Below the pieces are notes generated by a model. That model was not told the DNA's origin, did no database searches, and worked only from the letters and a program-made list of their open reading frames with translations. Below are positions 9,456 through 18,972 of a stretch of DNA of 64,000 bases, piece by piece. The position numbers and the translations under genes were made by a program. Source of the stretch: an uncultured Clostridia bacterium (GTDB lineage Bacteria > Bacillota > Clostridia > TANB77 > CAG-508); assembly GCA_947631785.1 (NCBI GenBank), contig CANRMR010000003.1, forward strand, positions 4,346 to 68,345. The letters are read 5' to 3'. Position 1 is the first letter of the stretch. Every line of letters begins with the position of its first letter.

Positions 9456-11558
9456 TTAATTTGACATCTCTACATATGGAACTGCTGTTATATCTTCATT
9501 AATATTAGATGAGTTCATTCCAAAGTATTCTGCCATTATTTCTCTTGTAACTTTCCCTGTATATCCTCCTGTTGCACCATCTTCTATCATAACTGCTACA
9601 GCAATTTCTGGATTATCATAAGGTGCAAATCCAACAAACCATCCATTTGTTACATTACCTGCTTGTGCTGATCCTGTTTTACCAGCGACTTCTATATTAA
9701 AATCTTTAAATGTTGCATATGCTGTTCCTCCTGCTTCTCCAGCAACCATTCTCATTCCTTCTAATACTACAGCTAAATTTTCTGGATTAATTTGTATATC
9801 ATCTACTTGTTCTGGCTCTCCAAGTAATTGTTTTACATGGTTATTTATTTCTTCTTTATCTACTTGTGTTCCATCTGACCTTATAATAGATTTAATAATA
9901 GTTGGATTTACTCTATTTCCTCCATTTGCAAGCATGCTTACGTATTTTGCCATCTGAATTGGTGTAAAGCTATTATAACTTTGGCCAATTGAAGCAGATA
10001 ATGTATCTCCTAAATACCAACTTTGACCTATATCTTCTAATCTAGAGCGCTGTGCTAAATCTCCAGCATTTTCACTAGGAAGTTCGACTCCTGTTTTTAC
10101 ACCTAAGCCAAAATATTTTGCATAACGAGATATAACATCAATACCAACACGTGAACCCATTTCATAGAAGAAATAGTTACAAGAATTTTTAAGTGCTCCT
10201 GTAATATTTAGCCATCCATGTCCTCTATGGTAAGATGTGTAATACCAACATACTGGGTTATGTGCAGCTGGATAAATTCCTGTATCATTTATCTTTTCTG
10301 TTGCAGTTACTGCTCCTTCTTGCAAAGCAGCAATTGCTGTTACCATTTTAAATGTAGAACCTGGTGCTGACGTTCCTTGGGTTGCTTTGCTATATAACGC
10401 TCCTGAATCTCTAATTGTAGCCCAGTCTTCATTACTAATTCCATCTACAAACAAATTTGGGTTATAGTCTGGGTAACTTGCCATTGCTAATATTTCGCCT
10501 GTTTTTACATCCATTGCAACTGCTGCTCCATATGTGGAGTTATATACAGTTCCAGTTGCACCATTTCTTAAGTCATTTATACTAGTTTCTAAGGCTTTTT
10601 CTGCAACTTCTTGCAGGTTTGAATCTATTGTAAGTACAATATCTGCTCCAGCCTTTGCTTCTTCTGTAACATATTCTTCTGTTACTTGTCCATCAACTGT
10701 CATATCTATTTGCCTTTTTCCGTCTTTTCCTTTTAAGTATTTTTCAAATACATATTCTACTCCAGTTTTTCCAAAATAATCGTTCATGTCATAACCATTA
10801 TTTTTGTTTTCCTCATATTCCTCATCACTAATTCTGCCTACATACCCTAATATATGTGTTGCAAAATTTTCCATAGGATAATTCCTTATTGCACTTACCG
10901 AAATATTTATACCAGGAAATTCACTGTTTTTTTCTTTAAATTTTGTAACACTATTTCTAGATATATTATCTGCAATTTTTATTGATTTTGTTGAGCTATA
11001 TCCTTCTTTACTAATACGGTAACGTATATTTATAATTTTTCTTACTTCTTGAACATCTTCATTTGCAATTTCATATTTATCTTTAAAAATATAAAATGCT
11101 TGCTCAGGTGTAGCATCTTCTGGTATATCATTGCTTTGTTCCCATTTTTTTAGTTTTTCTTCATCTGAAAAATCAAAACTAAACTTTTTATCAGATTCAA
11201 GATTTAAGTTTATTGGAAATGTATCTGTATATTCATCTCCATTTTCTTCTAATACTTGTATCATCTTTAGGATTTTATCATTTAATTCACTATTATCTAA
11301 CTTTGTTTTATATAACTCTAAAGAAAATCCCAAATTGGTAGTTGCAATTTTGTTTCCAGTTCTATCTAAAATTGATCCTCTAGCAGCTTTTGTAGTTGCA
11401 TCTCTTGTAAGTCTTGTATTTGAAGTTTCTCTGTATTCATCTCCATGAACTATTTGAAGATTAAAAAGTTGAATTAATAAAATAATTCCAATTATGTATA
11501 TTATTACTGTTACAATGTTGAATCTAAAATTTGTATTTGCATTTTTTTTACTCTTCAA
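9456..11558 (-). CDS. mrdA: Penicillin-binding protein 2 (elongation transpeptidase)
   Basis: N-terminal TM helix. SxxK (STFK), SxN (SCN) and KTG (KTGS) motifs. Synteny after mreD. Confidence 0.85.
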   Translation of the reverse strand: MKSKKNANTNFRFNIVTVIIYIIGIILLIQLFNLQIVHGDEYRETSNTRLTRDATTKAARGSILDRTGNKIATTNLGFSLELYKTKLDNSELNDKILKMIQVLEENGDEYTDTFPINLNLESDKKFSFDFSDEEKLKKWEQSNDIPEDATPEQAFYIFKDKYEIANEDVQEVRKIINIRYRISKEGYSSTKSIKIADNISRNSVTKFKEKNSEFPGINISVSAIRNYPMENFATHILGYVGRISDEEYEENKNNGYDMNDYFGKTGVEYVFEKYLKGKDGKRQIDMTVDGQVTEEYVTEEAKAGADIVLTIDSNLQEVAEKALETSINDLRNGATGTVYNSTYGAAVAMDVKTGEILAMASYPDYNPNLFVDGISNEDWATIRDSGALYSKATQGTSAPGSTFKMVTAIAALQEGAVTATEKINDTGIYPAAHNPVCWYYTSYHRGHGWLNITGALKNSCNYFFYEMGSRVGIDVISRYAKYFGLGVKTGVELPSENAGDLAQRSRLEDIGQSWYLGDTLSASIGQSYNSFTPIQMAKYVSMLANGGNRVNPTIIKSIIRSDGTQVDKEEINNHVKQLLGEPEQVDDIQINPENLAVVLEGMRMVAGEAGGTAYATFKDFNIEVAGKTGSAQAGNVTNGWFVGFAPYDNPEIAVAVMIEDGATGGYTGKVTREIMAEYFGMNSSNINEDITAVPYVEMSN

Positions 11559-11577
11559 ATTTTCACCTTCTTTTTTA

Positions 11578-12123
11578 TCAATAATATCTTGTTAATATCT
11601 TAGGTTGCTTAAATTGTTCTTCTAAATTATAACCTAACTTTTGTAAAATAGGATATAAAATTATTGTTATTATTACATTATATAATATTTCTATTGTTAT
11701 TATTTTTATAAAATCTAGTATAAAAATATTGCTTCCTATTATAAATGAATTGATTAAATAAATTCCTAATTCACAAATTAATGTAGAACCTATTACCATT
11801 ATAATAATTGTAATTCTGCTTTCTTTTGAAAAATTTTTGTCAAAGTATCCTCCTAAGTATCCAATTACACCTAACATAATTGCTGTTATTCCTATTTGAT
11901 AGCTAGATAGAAAATCTAATATAAGTCCAAATAATACACCTAAAATTACTCCTAACTTTCTGCCTCCAAATAAACCTAAAAATAAAACAAATATAATAAA
12001 CAGATTTGGTTTTATTCCTCCAATTGTAAACCAATTAAAAAAGTTAGATTGTAAAAGAAATATGAGAAGAAATACTATAAGTGATATAAATATAGATAAA
12101 ATTTTTTTCATATTCTTAATCAT
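11578..12123 (-). CDS. mreD: Rod shape-determining protein MreD
   Basis: 181-aa polytopic membrane protein immediately downstream of mreC. Confidence 0.7.
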   Translation of the reverse strand: MIKNMKKILSIFISLIVFLLIFLLQSNFFNWFTIGGIKPNLFIIFVLFLGLFGGRKLGVILGVLFGLILDFLSSYQIGITAIMLGVIGYLGGYFDKNFSKESRITIIIMVIGSTLICELGIYLINSFIIGSNIFILDFIKIITIEILYNVIITIILYPILQKLGYNLEEQFKQPKILTRYY

Positions 12124-12132
12124 TCCTATCTT

Positions 12133-12942
12133 TTAATTTTTAATAACCAAAACTGTCTCTACTTTTTCGAAATCAACAGCTGGACTAATTACTGCATATC
12201 TATCTGTTACATTATTTGCGTTTACTATATGTTCTATATTTCCAATATGAATTCCTTTAGGGTAAATTCCTCCCATTCCTGATGTTTCTATACTATCTCC
12301 TATAATTAAATTAGCATCTGTTGGAATATACATTGCTTTTAATTTTTTTTCTTTTAACATTCCACTACAAACTATACTATCTCGTGATGTAGTTATTGTA
12401 GAACTTACATTACTAGCTGTATCAATAATTGTTTGTACTTTTGATACATTTTTAGATACAGATACAACATGACCAACTAAACCTTTATCTGCAATTACGG
12501 TCATATTTTCTTTTATACCATCTTCTTCTCCTACATTAATAACAAATAAACTATTATAGTTACTAATGTTTTTATTTATAATATATGCTGGTATAGTAGT
12601 ATAATCTTTATATTTATCTGTTAAATTAACGTATTCTTTTAGTGTTGCATTTTCTGATTTTATTATTTCTAATTCTCTTAAAGATTGTTCTAATTCACTA
12701 TTTTTTTGTTTTAATTCATCATTTTCTTCTTTTAAAGTAGCAACTGATGTAAAAAATTCGTCATTACCAGCTAATTTATTTTTTAAATAAGTTAATCCAT
12801 TTTGAATAGGCATAACAATAGAACTTACTGCACTTTCTACATATGATAATTTTTGTGTGTCTGTATTTGATAAAAATACAAGTATAATTAATAATAAAAT
12901 TGTTATTATTATTCCAATTACTCCATTTTTCTTTTTATTCAC
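12133..12942 (-). CDS. mreC: Rod shape-determining protein MreC
   Basis: N-terminal TM helix, a coiled-coil (LKEENDELKQKNSELEQSLRELE), then a beta-rich domain. Lies between mreB and mreD. Confidence 0.85.
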   Translation of the reverse strand: MNKKKNGVIGIIITILLLIILVFLSNTDTQKLSYVESAVSSIVMPIQNGLTYLKNKLAGNDEFFTSVATLKEENDELKQKNSELEQSLRELEIIKSENATLKEYVNLTDKYKDYTTIPAYIINKNISNYNSLFVINVGEEDGIKENMTVIADKGLVGHVVSVSKNVSKVQTIIDTASNVSSTITTSRDSIVCSGMLKEKKLKAMYIPTDANLIIGDSIETSGMGGIYPKGIHIGNIEHIVNANNVTDRYAVISPAVDFEKVETVLVIKN

Positions 12943-12988
12943 TGTGACCTCCTTATATATTAAAGTTAGTTAAGTTCTATTTTGGATT

Positions 12989-14020
12989 TTATCTTTTTTT
13001 TCTTGAATTAATAAGTACTGTTTTTAGTTTATTTAAATCTTCTAATGTCTTGTATGTTCCTTTTACAACTGAATCTAAAGGATCTTGTGCCACATATACT
13101 GGCATTTTTGTCTTTTCTGATATTAGTTTATCTATATTTTGAATTAAAGCACCACCACCTGCAAGTATTATCCCTTTTTGTGCAATATCTGATACAAGCT
13201 CTGGTGGTGTTTTTTCTAACGTTAATTTTACTACATCAATAATTTCTTGAATAGAATTTGATATTGCAATTTGAATTTCGGTAGAATAAACTTCTGTATT
13301 TTTAGGATATCCTGTTACTAAATCTCTTCCTCTTACTACTATTTTTTGTTCTGTCATCTGTGGTAATACACTTGCAATTTCTTTTTTTATATTTTCCGCT
13401 GTCGTTTCTCCAATTGCTAAATTATGTTCTTTTTTAATATAACTTATAATATCTTCATCTAATTCATCACCTGCTATTCTTATGGAATTACTAACTACAA
13501 TTCCACCTAAAGAAATAACTGCAACTTCAGTTGTTCCACCACCAATATCTACAATAATATTACCACTTGGTTCTGATACATCAATTCCAGACCCTATTGC
13601 TGCTGCCATTGGCTCTTCTATTAAATATACTTCTTTTGCACCCGCTTGCAAAATTGATTCTTCTACTGCCCTTTCTTCTACTTCTGTGATTCCTGATGGT
13701 ACTCCTACTACAACTCTTGGCTTTCCTATTGAATACCTTTTTGCAACTTTTTGAATAATATTTTTAAGCATTAATTGTGTTGCTGTAAAATCTGCAATAA
13801 CTCCATCTTTTAAAGGTCTTACAGCTTTTATATTTTCTGGAGTTCTACCTAACATTTCTTTTGCTTCTTCTCCAGATGCCAAAACTTTATTTGTAATTTT
13901 ATCAATTGCAACTACTGATGGCTCTTTTAAAACAATTCCTTTATCTTTTAATGCAACTAAAATATTTGCCGTTCCTAAATCAATTCCAATATCTTTTGAA
14001 CCAAATGTAAAAAAATCCAT
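12989..14020 (-). CDS. mreB: Rod shape-determining actin homologue MreB
   Basis: IGIDLGTANILV and IVDIGGGTTEVAV phosphate-binding motifs; 343 aa. Confidence 0.95.
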   Translation of the reverse strand: MDFFTFGSKDIGIDLGTANILVALKDKGIVLKEPSVVAIDKITNKVLASGEEAKEMLGRTPENIKAVRPLKDGVIADFTATQLMLKNIIQKVAKRYSIGKPRVVVGVPSGITEVEERAVEESILQAGAKEVYLIEEPMAAAIGSGIDVSEPSGNIIVDIGGGTTEVAVISLGGIVVSNSIRIAGDELDEDIISYIKKEHNLAIGETTAENIKKEIASVLPQMTEQKIVVRGRDLVTGYPKNTEVYSTEIQIAISNSIQEIIDVVKLTLEKTPPELVSDIAQKGIILAGGGALIQNIDKLISEKTKMPVYVAQDPLDSVVKGTYKTLEDLNKLKTVLINSRKKR

Positions 14021-14715
14021 TATTTCTTTTCTCCTTTTTTCTTTAAAATACTTTCATATCGATTATCTCCAATTATAACATGATCAATTAATTCAATTCC
14101 CATTACGTCTGCTGCTTCATAAATTCTGTCTGTTGCCCTGTAGTCTCCAGCACTTGGTGTTGGGTCACCGCTTGGATGGTTATGTACTAAGATAATTTTT
14201 GCTGCTTCCATTTTTACTGCCTCTACAAGTATATGTTTTGGTTCAATTACAGCATAGTTTGTTCCTCCTGTACTAACATCTACAATCTTTTGTACTATGC
14301 ATTTATTATTTAGTATAATTAATTTTGCAACTTCTCTTTTTTCTGATTTAAGTTCTTGCATAAATAAATTTGCTACATCTTTTGGTGTTTCTATTTTTAT
14401 TTGCATATTTTGGATAGGCATTGACATTCTTTTTGCAATTTCCCCTACTGCTATTAATTGAATTGCCTTTACCTTTCCTATTCCTTTTATTTTTCTATAT
14501 TCTTTCATTCCAATATCTTGAAGAAATCGTAAATCATTTTTATCATTCCCTAATTTAAGAATTTTTTGCGCAATTTCTACCGAATTTTCATTTTTTGTTC
14601 CTGTTTTAATAATTATCGCTAATAATTCTGAATTAGACAATTTATTTGCTCCATACATTTCTAATTTTTCGTATGGTCTTTCTGAACTAGGTAATTCTTT
14701 CATTTTAATTGACAT
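14020..14715 (-). CDS. radC: RadC-family JAB-domain protein
   Basis: HNHPSGDPTPS JAMM-like motif, N-terminal HhH-like region, classic position upstream of mreB. Confidence 0.9.
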   Translation of the reverse strand: MSIKMKELPSSERPYEKLEMYGANKLSNSELLAIIIKTGTKNENSVEIAQKILKLGNDKNDLRFLQDIGMKEYRKIKGIGKVKAIQLIAVGEIAKRMSMPIQNMQIKIETPKDVANLFMQELKSEKREVAKLIILNNKCIVQKIVDVSTGGTNYAVIEPKHILVEAVKMEAAKIILVHNHPSGDPTPSAGDYRATDRIYEAADVMGIELIDHVIIGDNRYESILKKKGEKK

Positions 14716-14747
14716 ATTTTTTCCTTTCCTAGCCCCTTAAATCCCCC

Positions 14748-15005
14748 TTAAATTTTACGATAAATAAATATAGCAATTGCCATTCCTATAATACTTGCAA
14801 TATTTATTTTAAGCATAAGTCCAAATGTAATATTTATAATATTTAGGTCTAATTGTATTGGAGTACTAAATCCAAAATTTTGTCCATATCCAAGCCACCA
14901 CAAAAAATCTACTTTTGATGCTAATTCTCCTAGAAGTCCTCCAATTACTAATCCTGATAAAATAAATACTATTAATATCCAAATATTTTTATCTCTTGTT
15001 GCCAT
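14748..15005 (-). CDS. Small membrane protein (DUF4321-like)
   Basis: 85 aa with two hydrophobic helices, at the position upstream of radC/mreB that is typical of Clostridia. Confidence 0.5.
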   Translation of the reverse strand: MATRDKNIWILIVFILSGLVIGGLLGELASKVDFLWWLGYGQNFGFSTPIQLDLNIINITFGLMLKINIASIIGMAIAIFIYRKI

Positions 15006-15235
15006 TTGCTTTCACCTCTTTTTTCATATTCCTATTATATATGCTTACATCATTTTTTTCAAGTATATTTTCCCTTTTTCTTTATTTTTATTTGATTTTA
15101 TGTTATAGTAATTTTGCACATTTTTGTATTAAAATTAATATACTAACATAAATTACCAAATTTAAAATATTTCCTTTTTTATAATTTCGTAGTATAATAT
15201 TATTAGAAGATTTGCTAAGGAGGTTTTTGTTCTAT

Positions 15236-15859
15236 ATGAAAATTGAGAAATTAAATGAAGATAAAATTAGAATTACACTAAACTTAGAAGATTTAAAAGA
15301 AAAAGATATAGATTTTCATTCTTTTATGTCTAATTCAATTGAATCACAAGAATTGTTTTTAGATATGTTAGATAAAGCAGAAGAAGAAGTTGGTTTTGTA
15401 ACTGATGATTATAAGATTATGATTGAAGCAATTGCAATGTCTAATGGAAATTTTATTCTAACAGTTACTCGTATTGTTCCTGAAAAAGAAAATAAAAAAA
15501 GAAATAGCAAAGTACATATTAAAAGAAAATGCCCAACTCTTAATTCTAAAAAAACAATTTATTCTTTTGCAAGCTTTGATGATTTTTGTAATTTTTGTAG
15601 TAACCTAACAAATTCTGTATTAGAAAATTTAAATTTAATTTCTAAAAATCAGTTACTTTATTTATATAATAATAAATATTATTTAGTACTTGATTGTTTG
15701 TCAGATAATATGCAAAATTTAAATTCTTTTGCAAATTTTATTTCAGAATTCGGACATTTTATTAATTCTTCTGAATTATTTGAAAGAAAACTATTAGAAT
15801 ATGGAAAAATAATAATAGAAAAAAATGCTATTGAAACTTGCATAAAACATTTTGCATAA
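15236..15859 (+). CDS. mecA: Adaptor protein MecA
   Basis: MKIEKLNEDKIRITLNLEDLKEKDIDFH is a MecA-type N-terminus. AAGGAGG lies 12 nt upstream of ATG 15236. The ORF-track TTG start at 15212 sits on the SD and is unlikely. Confidence 0.75.
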   Translation: MKIEKLNEDKIRITLNLEDLKEKDIDFHSFMSNSIESQELFLDMLDKAEEEVGFVTDDYKIMIEAIAMSNGNFILTVTRIVPEKENKKRNSKVHIKRKCPTLNSKKTIYSFASFDDFCNFCSNLTNSVLENLNLISKNQLLYLYNNKYYLVLDCLSDNMQNLNSFANFISEFGHFINSSELFERKLLEYGKIIIEKNAIETCIKHFA

Positions 15860-15869
15860 GAAAAAACAT

Positions 15870-15899
15870 AAAAAAAGCTCTTGTAAAAGAGCTCTTTTT
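15870..15899. terminator. Bidirectional terminator between mecA and acpP
   Basis: Stem AGCTCTT/AAGAGCT flanked by A6 and T5 runs. It abuts the acpP stop. Confidence 0.5.
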
Positions 15900-16137
15900 A
15901 TGCATTTTCTTTTATATATTCCACAACATCATTAACAGTTACTATTTTTTCTGCATCAGCATCTGGAATTTCTAGGTCAAATTCTTCTTCTAAAGCCATG
16001 ATTAATTCTACTATATCTAATGAATCTGCACCTAGGTCATCAATAAAAGATGCTTCTAATGTAACTGCTGTTTCTGCAACACCTAGTTGTTCTACAATAG
16101 TTCCTTTTACTTTTTCAAATATTTCTTCTTGATTCAT
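15898..16137 (-). CDS. acpP: Acyl carrier protein
   Basis: [20 protein letters not shown] with the DSL phosphopantetheine attachment site; 79 aa. Confidence 0.95.
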   Translation of the reverse strand: MNQEEIFEKVKGTIVEQLGVAETAVTLEASFIDDLGADSLDIVELIMALEEEFDLEIPDADAEKIVTVNDVVEYIKENA

Positions 16138-16228
16138 ACGTAGCTGGCACCTCCTCTTTTATCTTTTTTTTATTTTTCTATATTGTTTATATTACATGTA
16201 ATATAAAATGTCAAGTACTTTTTTAATT

Positions 16229-17245
16229 TTATTTTTCAAATTCTTCTATCATTTTTTCTACCGCTTTATTTTCAACAAATTGCTCCGCTTGTTTTATTGT
16301 AAATTCAAATAATTTTTCATCAGAACTTCCATGTGCTTTAACTACTGGTTTTTTTACTCCTAAAAATAATGCTCCTCCATATTCTTTATAATCTAGTTTT
16401 TTTGAAAACCTTTTAATTGCTGGAAGTGCTGGAACTGTTCCTATCATAGAAAAAATATTTTTCTTTAGGCTTTCTATTAAATTTCTTTTTACAAGTTTTC
16501 CAATACCTTCTACAGCTTTTAGAAAAATATTGCCTGTAAAACCATCTGTTACTATTGCATCAATATCTCCAGAAAAACAGTCTCTTCCTTCAACATTTCC
16601 TACAAAGTTAATATTTAGCTCTTCAGACTTTTCTCTTAGCAATTGATATGTCTCTTTAGTAAGATCATTACCTTTTGTCTCTTCTGTTCCTATATTTAAA
16701 AGTCCAATTCGTGGTTTTTCTATTCCAAAAGTATTTCTTAAATAAATACTAGACATTTGAGCAAATTGCAGAAGATTAATTGGCTTACAATTTGTATTTG
16801 CTCCTGCATCTATAAGTAATAATCTACTTTCATATGCAGGCAAAATTCCTGCAAGTGCTGGTCTATCTATTCCCTTTATTCTTCCTACTAAAAGTGTTGC
16901 TCCAGTTAAAAGTGCTCCAGAATTTCCTGCAGAAATAAATACATCTCCTTCTCCTTCTTTTAGCATTTTAAAACCTACTACCATAGAAGAATCTTTTTTC
17001 TGTTTTATTGCAACTGTTGGTTTATCCTCCATTTCTATCTGTTCTGTTGTATGTTTAATTTTAAATTTATCTGATATATCGGTTAATTTATCTTTTCCAA
17101 ATAATTCTTTTACCCTATTATTAATTATATCTTCATTTCCAATTAAAGTTACTTGTGCTTTTATTTGATTAATTGCTTTTACTGCTCCTTTTATTACTTC
17201 ATCTGGTGCATTATCTCCGCCCATAGCGTCTAATAATATGTTCAT
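16229..17245 (-). CDS. plsX: Phosphate acyltransferase PlsX
   Basis: N-terminus MNILLDAMGGDNAP; 338 aa; upstream of acpP. Confidence 0.9.
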   Translation of the reverse strand: MNILLDAMGGDNAPDEVIKGAVKAINQIKAQVTLIGNEDIINNRVKELFGKDKLTDISDKFKIKHTTEQIEMEDKPTVAIKQKKDSSMVVGFKMLKEGEGDVFISAGNSGALLTGATLLVGRIKGIDRPALAGILPAYESRLLLIDAGANTNCKPINLLQFAQMSSIYLRNTFGIEKPRIGLLNIGTEETKGNDLTKETYQLLREKSEELNINFVGNVEGRDCFSGDIDAIVTDGFTGNIFLKAVEGIGKLVKRNLIESLKKNIFSMIGTVPALPAIKRFSKKLDYKEYGGALFLGVKKPVVKAHGSSDEKLFEFTIKQAEQFVENKAVEKMIEEFEK

Positions 17246-17409
17246 GATTTTTCCTCCATTTTTTTCCTTTTAGTTATATGTATTAACGTAGTTATTATTT
17301 TATTATTTATTTTTAAAAAAATCAATACTTTTGACTAAATATTCAAAAAACAAGTTACAGGTTAATGGTTTTATATTTAATAAATCTACAAAGGCCATCC
17401 ATATTTGGT

Positions 17410-17431
17410 GTAGAGGCGATTTTAATCGCCC
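17410..17431 (+). repeat. REP-like hairpin (stem CGATT/AATCG)
   Basis: GTAGAGGCGATT-TT-AATCGCCC on the plus strand. Confidence 0.8.
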
Positions 17432-17543
17432 GTCACTTTAAAGAACTTGCTTAATAAATATTATGTATAAAAATGTATATAAACTTTTTATAAAATTGTT
17501 TTATATCAAAAAATTATATAGGTTATGCCTAACGTTGGTCTTC

Positions 17544-17566
17544 GGGCGATTAAAATCGCCCCTACA
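17544..17566 (-). repeat. REP-like hairpin (stem CGATT/AATCG)
   Basis: GGGCGATT-AA-AATCGCCC-CTACA on the plus strand, inverted relative to 17410..17431. Confidence 0.8.
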
Positions 17567-17619
17567 ACTCTACATGTTAAACTTTCGATTAGTAATAAAA
17601 GCATTATCCTGTAACAAAA

Positions 17620-17653
17620 CAAAAAAAGCACGATTTTTTTTCGTGCTTTTTTT
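17620..17653 (-). terminator. Rho-independent terminator of the str operon (after tuf)
   Basis: Stem AGCACGA/TCGTGCT with an A/T loop, followed on the minus strand by a T-run. Confidence 0.75.
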
Positions 17654-17660
17654 ATTTTTA

Positions 17661-18863
17661 TTACTCAATAATTTCAGATACGATACCAGAACCTACTGTT
17701 CTACCACCTTCACGAATAGCAAATCTTAATCCTTTTTCGATAGCTATTGGTGTAATTAATTCGATAGTCATTGCAATGTTATCTCCTGGCATTACCATTT
17801 CTGTTCCTGCAGGTAATTCAATAACACCTGTAACATCTGTTGTTCTGAAATAGAATTGTGGTCTATATCCGTTAAAGAATGGTGTATGTCTTCCACCTTC
17901 TTCTTTAGTTAGGATATATACTTCTGATTTGAATTTTGTATGTGGATTGATTGTTCCTGGTTTTGCAAGAACTTGACCTCTTTCGATATCTGTTCTTTGA
18001 ATACCTCTTAATAGAACACCAATGTTATCTCCAGCTTCTGCTTGGTCTAATAATTTTCTGAACATTTCAACACCTGTAACAACAGTTTTATTTCTTTCTG
18101 TTGTTAAACCAATAATTTCAACTTCATCAGAAACTTTTACAACTCCTCTTTCTACTCTACCTGTTGCAACTGTACCTCTACCTGTAATAGAAAATACGTC
18201 TTCAACTGGCATTAAGAATGGTTGGTCTGTTGGTCTGTCTGGTGTTGGGATATAACTATCTACTGCATCCATTAATTCTTTCATTGGAGCATATACAGGA
18301 TCATTTGGATCTGTAGATGTTGATTCTAATACTTTTAGTGAAGATCCTTTTATAATTGGAATATCATCTCCTGGGAAATCATAGCTTGATAATAAGTCTC
18401 TTACTTCCATTTCAACTAATTCTAATAATTCTGGATCATCTACCATATCGCATTTGTTTAAATATACAACAATATATTTAACACCAACTTGTCTTGCAAG
18501 TAGGATATGCTCTCTTGTTTGAGGCATTGGTCCATCTGCTGCTGAAACAACTAAAATTGCTCCATCCATTTGTGCAGCACCTGTAATCATGTTTTTAACA
18601 TAATCTGCGTGACCTGGACAGTCAACGTGTGCATAGTGTCTGTTTTCTGTTTCATATTCAACGTGTGCTGTGTTAATTGTGATTCCTCTTGCTTTTTCTT
18701 CTGGTGCTCCATCAATTTGATCATAAGCTGCATATTCAGCTCTTCCTAGTAATCCTAGGTATTTTGTAATAGCGGCTGTTGTTGTTGTTTTTCCATGGTC
18801 AACGTGACCAATTGTACCGATATTAACATGTGGTTTTGTTCTTTCAAATTTAGCTTTTGCCAT
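17661..18863 (-). CDS. tuf: Elongation factor Tu
   Basis: [17 protein letters not shown] and NKCD GTPase motifs; 400 aa. Confidence 0.98.
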   Translation of the reverse strand: MAKAKFERTKPHVNIGTIGHVDHGKTTTTAAITKYLGLLGRAEYAAYDQIDGAPEEKARGITINTAHVEYETENRHYAHVDCPGHADYVKNMITGAAQMDGAILVVSAADGPMPQTREHILLARQVGVKYIVVYLNKCDMVDDPELLELVEMEVRDLLSSYDFPGDDIPIIKGSSLKVLESTSTDPNDPVYAPMKELMDAVDSYIPTPDRPTDQPFLMPVEDVFSITGRGTVATGRVERGVVKVSDEVEIIGLTTERNKTVVTGVEMFRKLLDQAEAGDNIGVLLRGIQRTDIERGQVLAKPGTINPHTKFKSEVYILTKEEGGRHTPFFNGYRPQFYFRTTDVTGVIELPAGTEMVMPGDNIAMTIELITPIAIEKGLRFAIREGGRTVGSGIVSEIIE

Positions 18864-18972
18864 TTTTGAATTCCTCCTTTAATTTTCTTTATTTTTTAAA
18901 ATTTAATAACTAATTAATTTGCAAATGTATTTTATAATACTTTTATTAATTTTGCAAGTGTTTTTGTTAATT

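Larger units (their letters stand above)
17354..17615. repeat. 262-bp inverted-repeat element (REPIN-like): two ~85-nt arms, each ending in a REP hairpin
   Basis: Left arm GTTACAGGTTAATGG...GTAGAGGCGATTTTAATCGCCCG. The reverse complement of the right arm is GTTACAGGATAATGC...GTAGGGGCGATTTTAATCGCCCG. Confidence 0.7.

Noticed and set aside
17463-17729. 88-aa plus-strand ORF between plsX and tuf.
   Set aside because: It spans the REPIN-like element, the tuf terminator and the 3' end of tuf, and has no coding signal.
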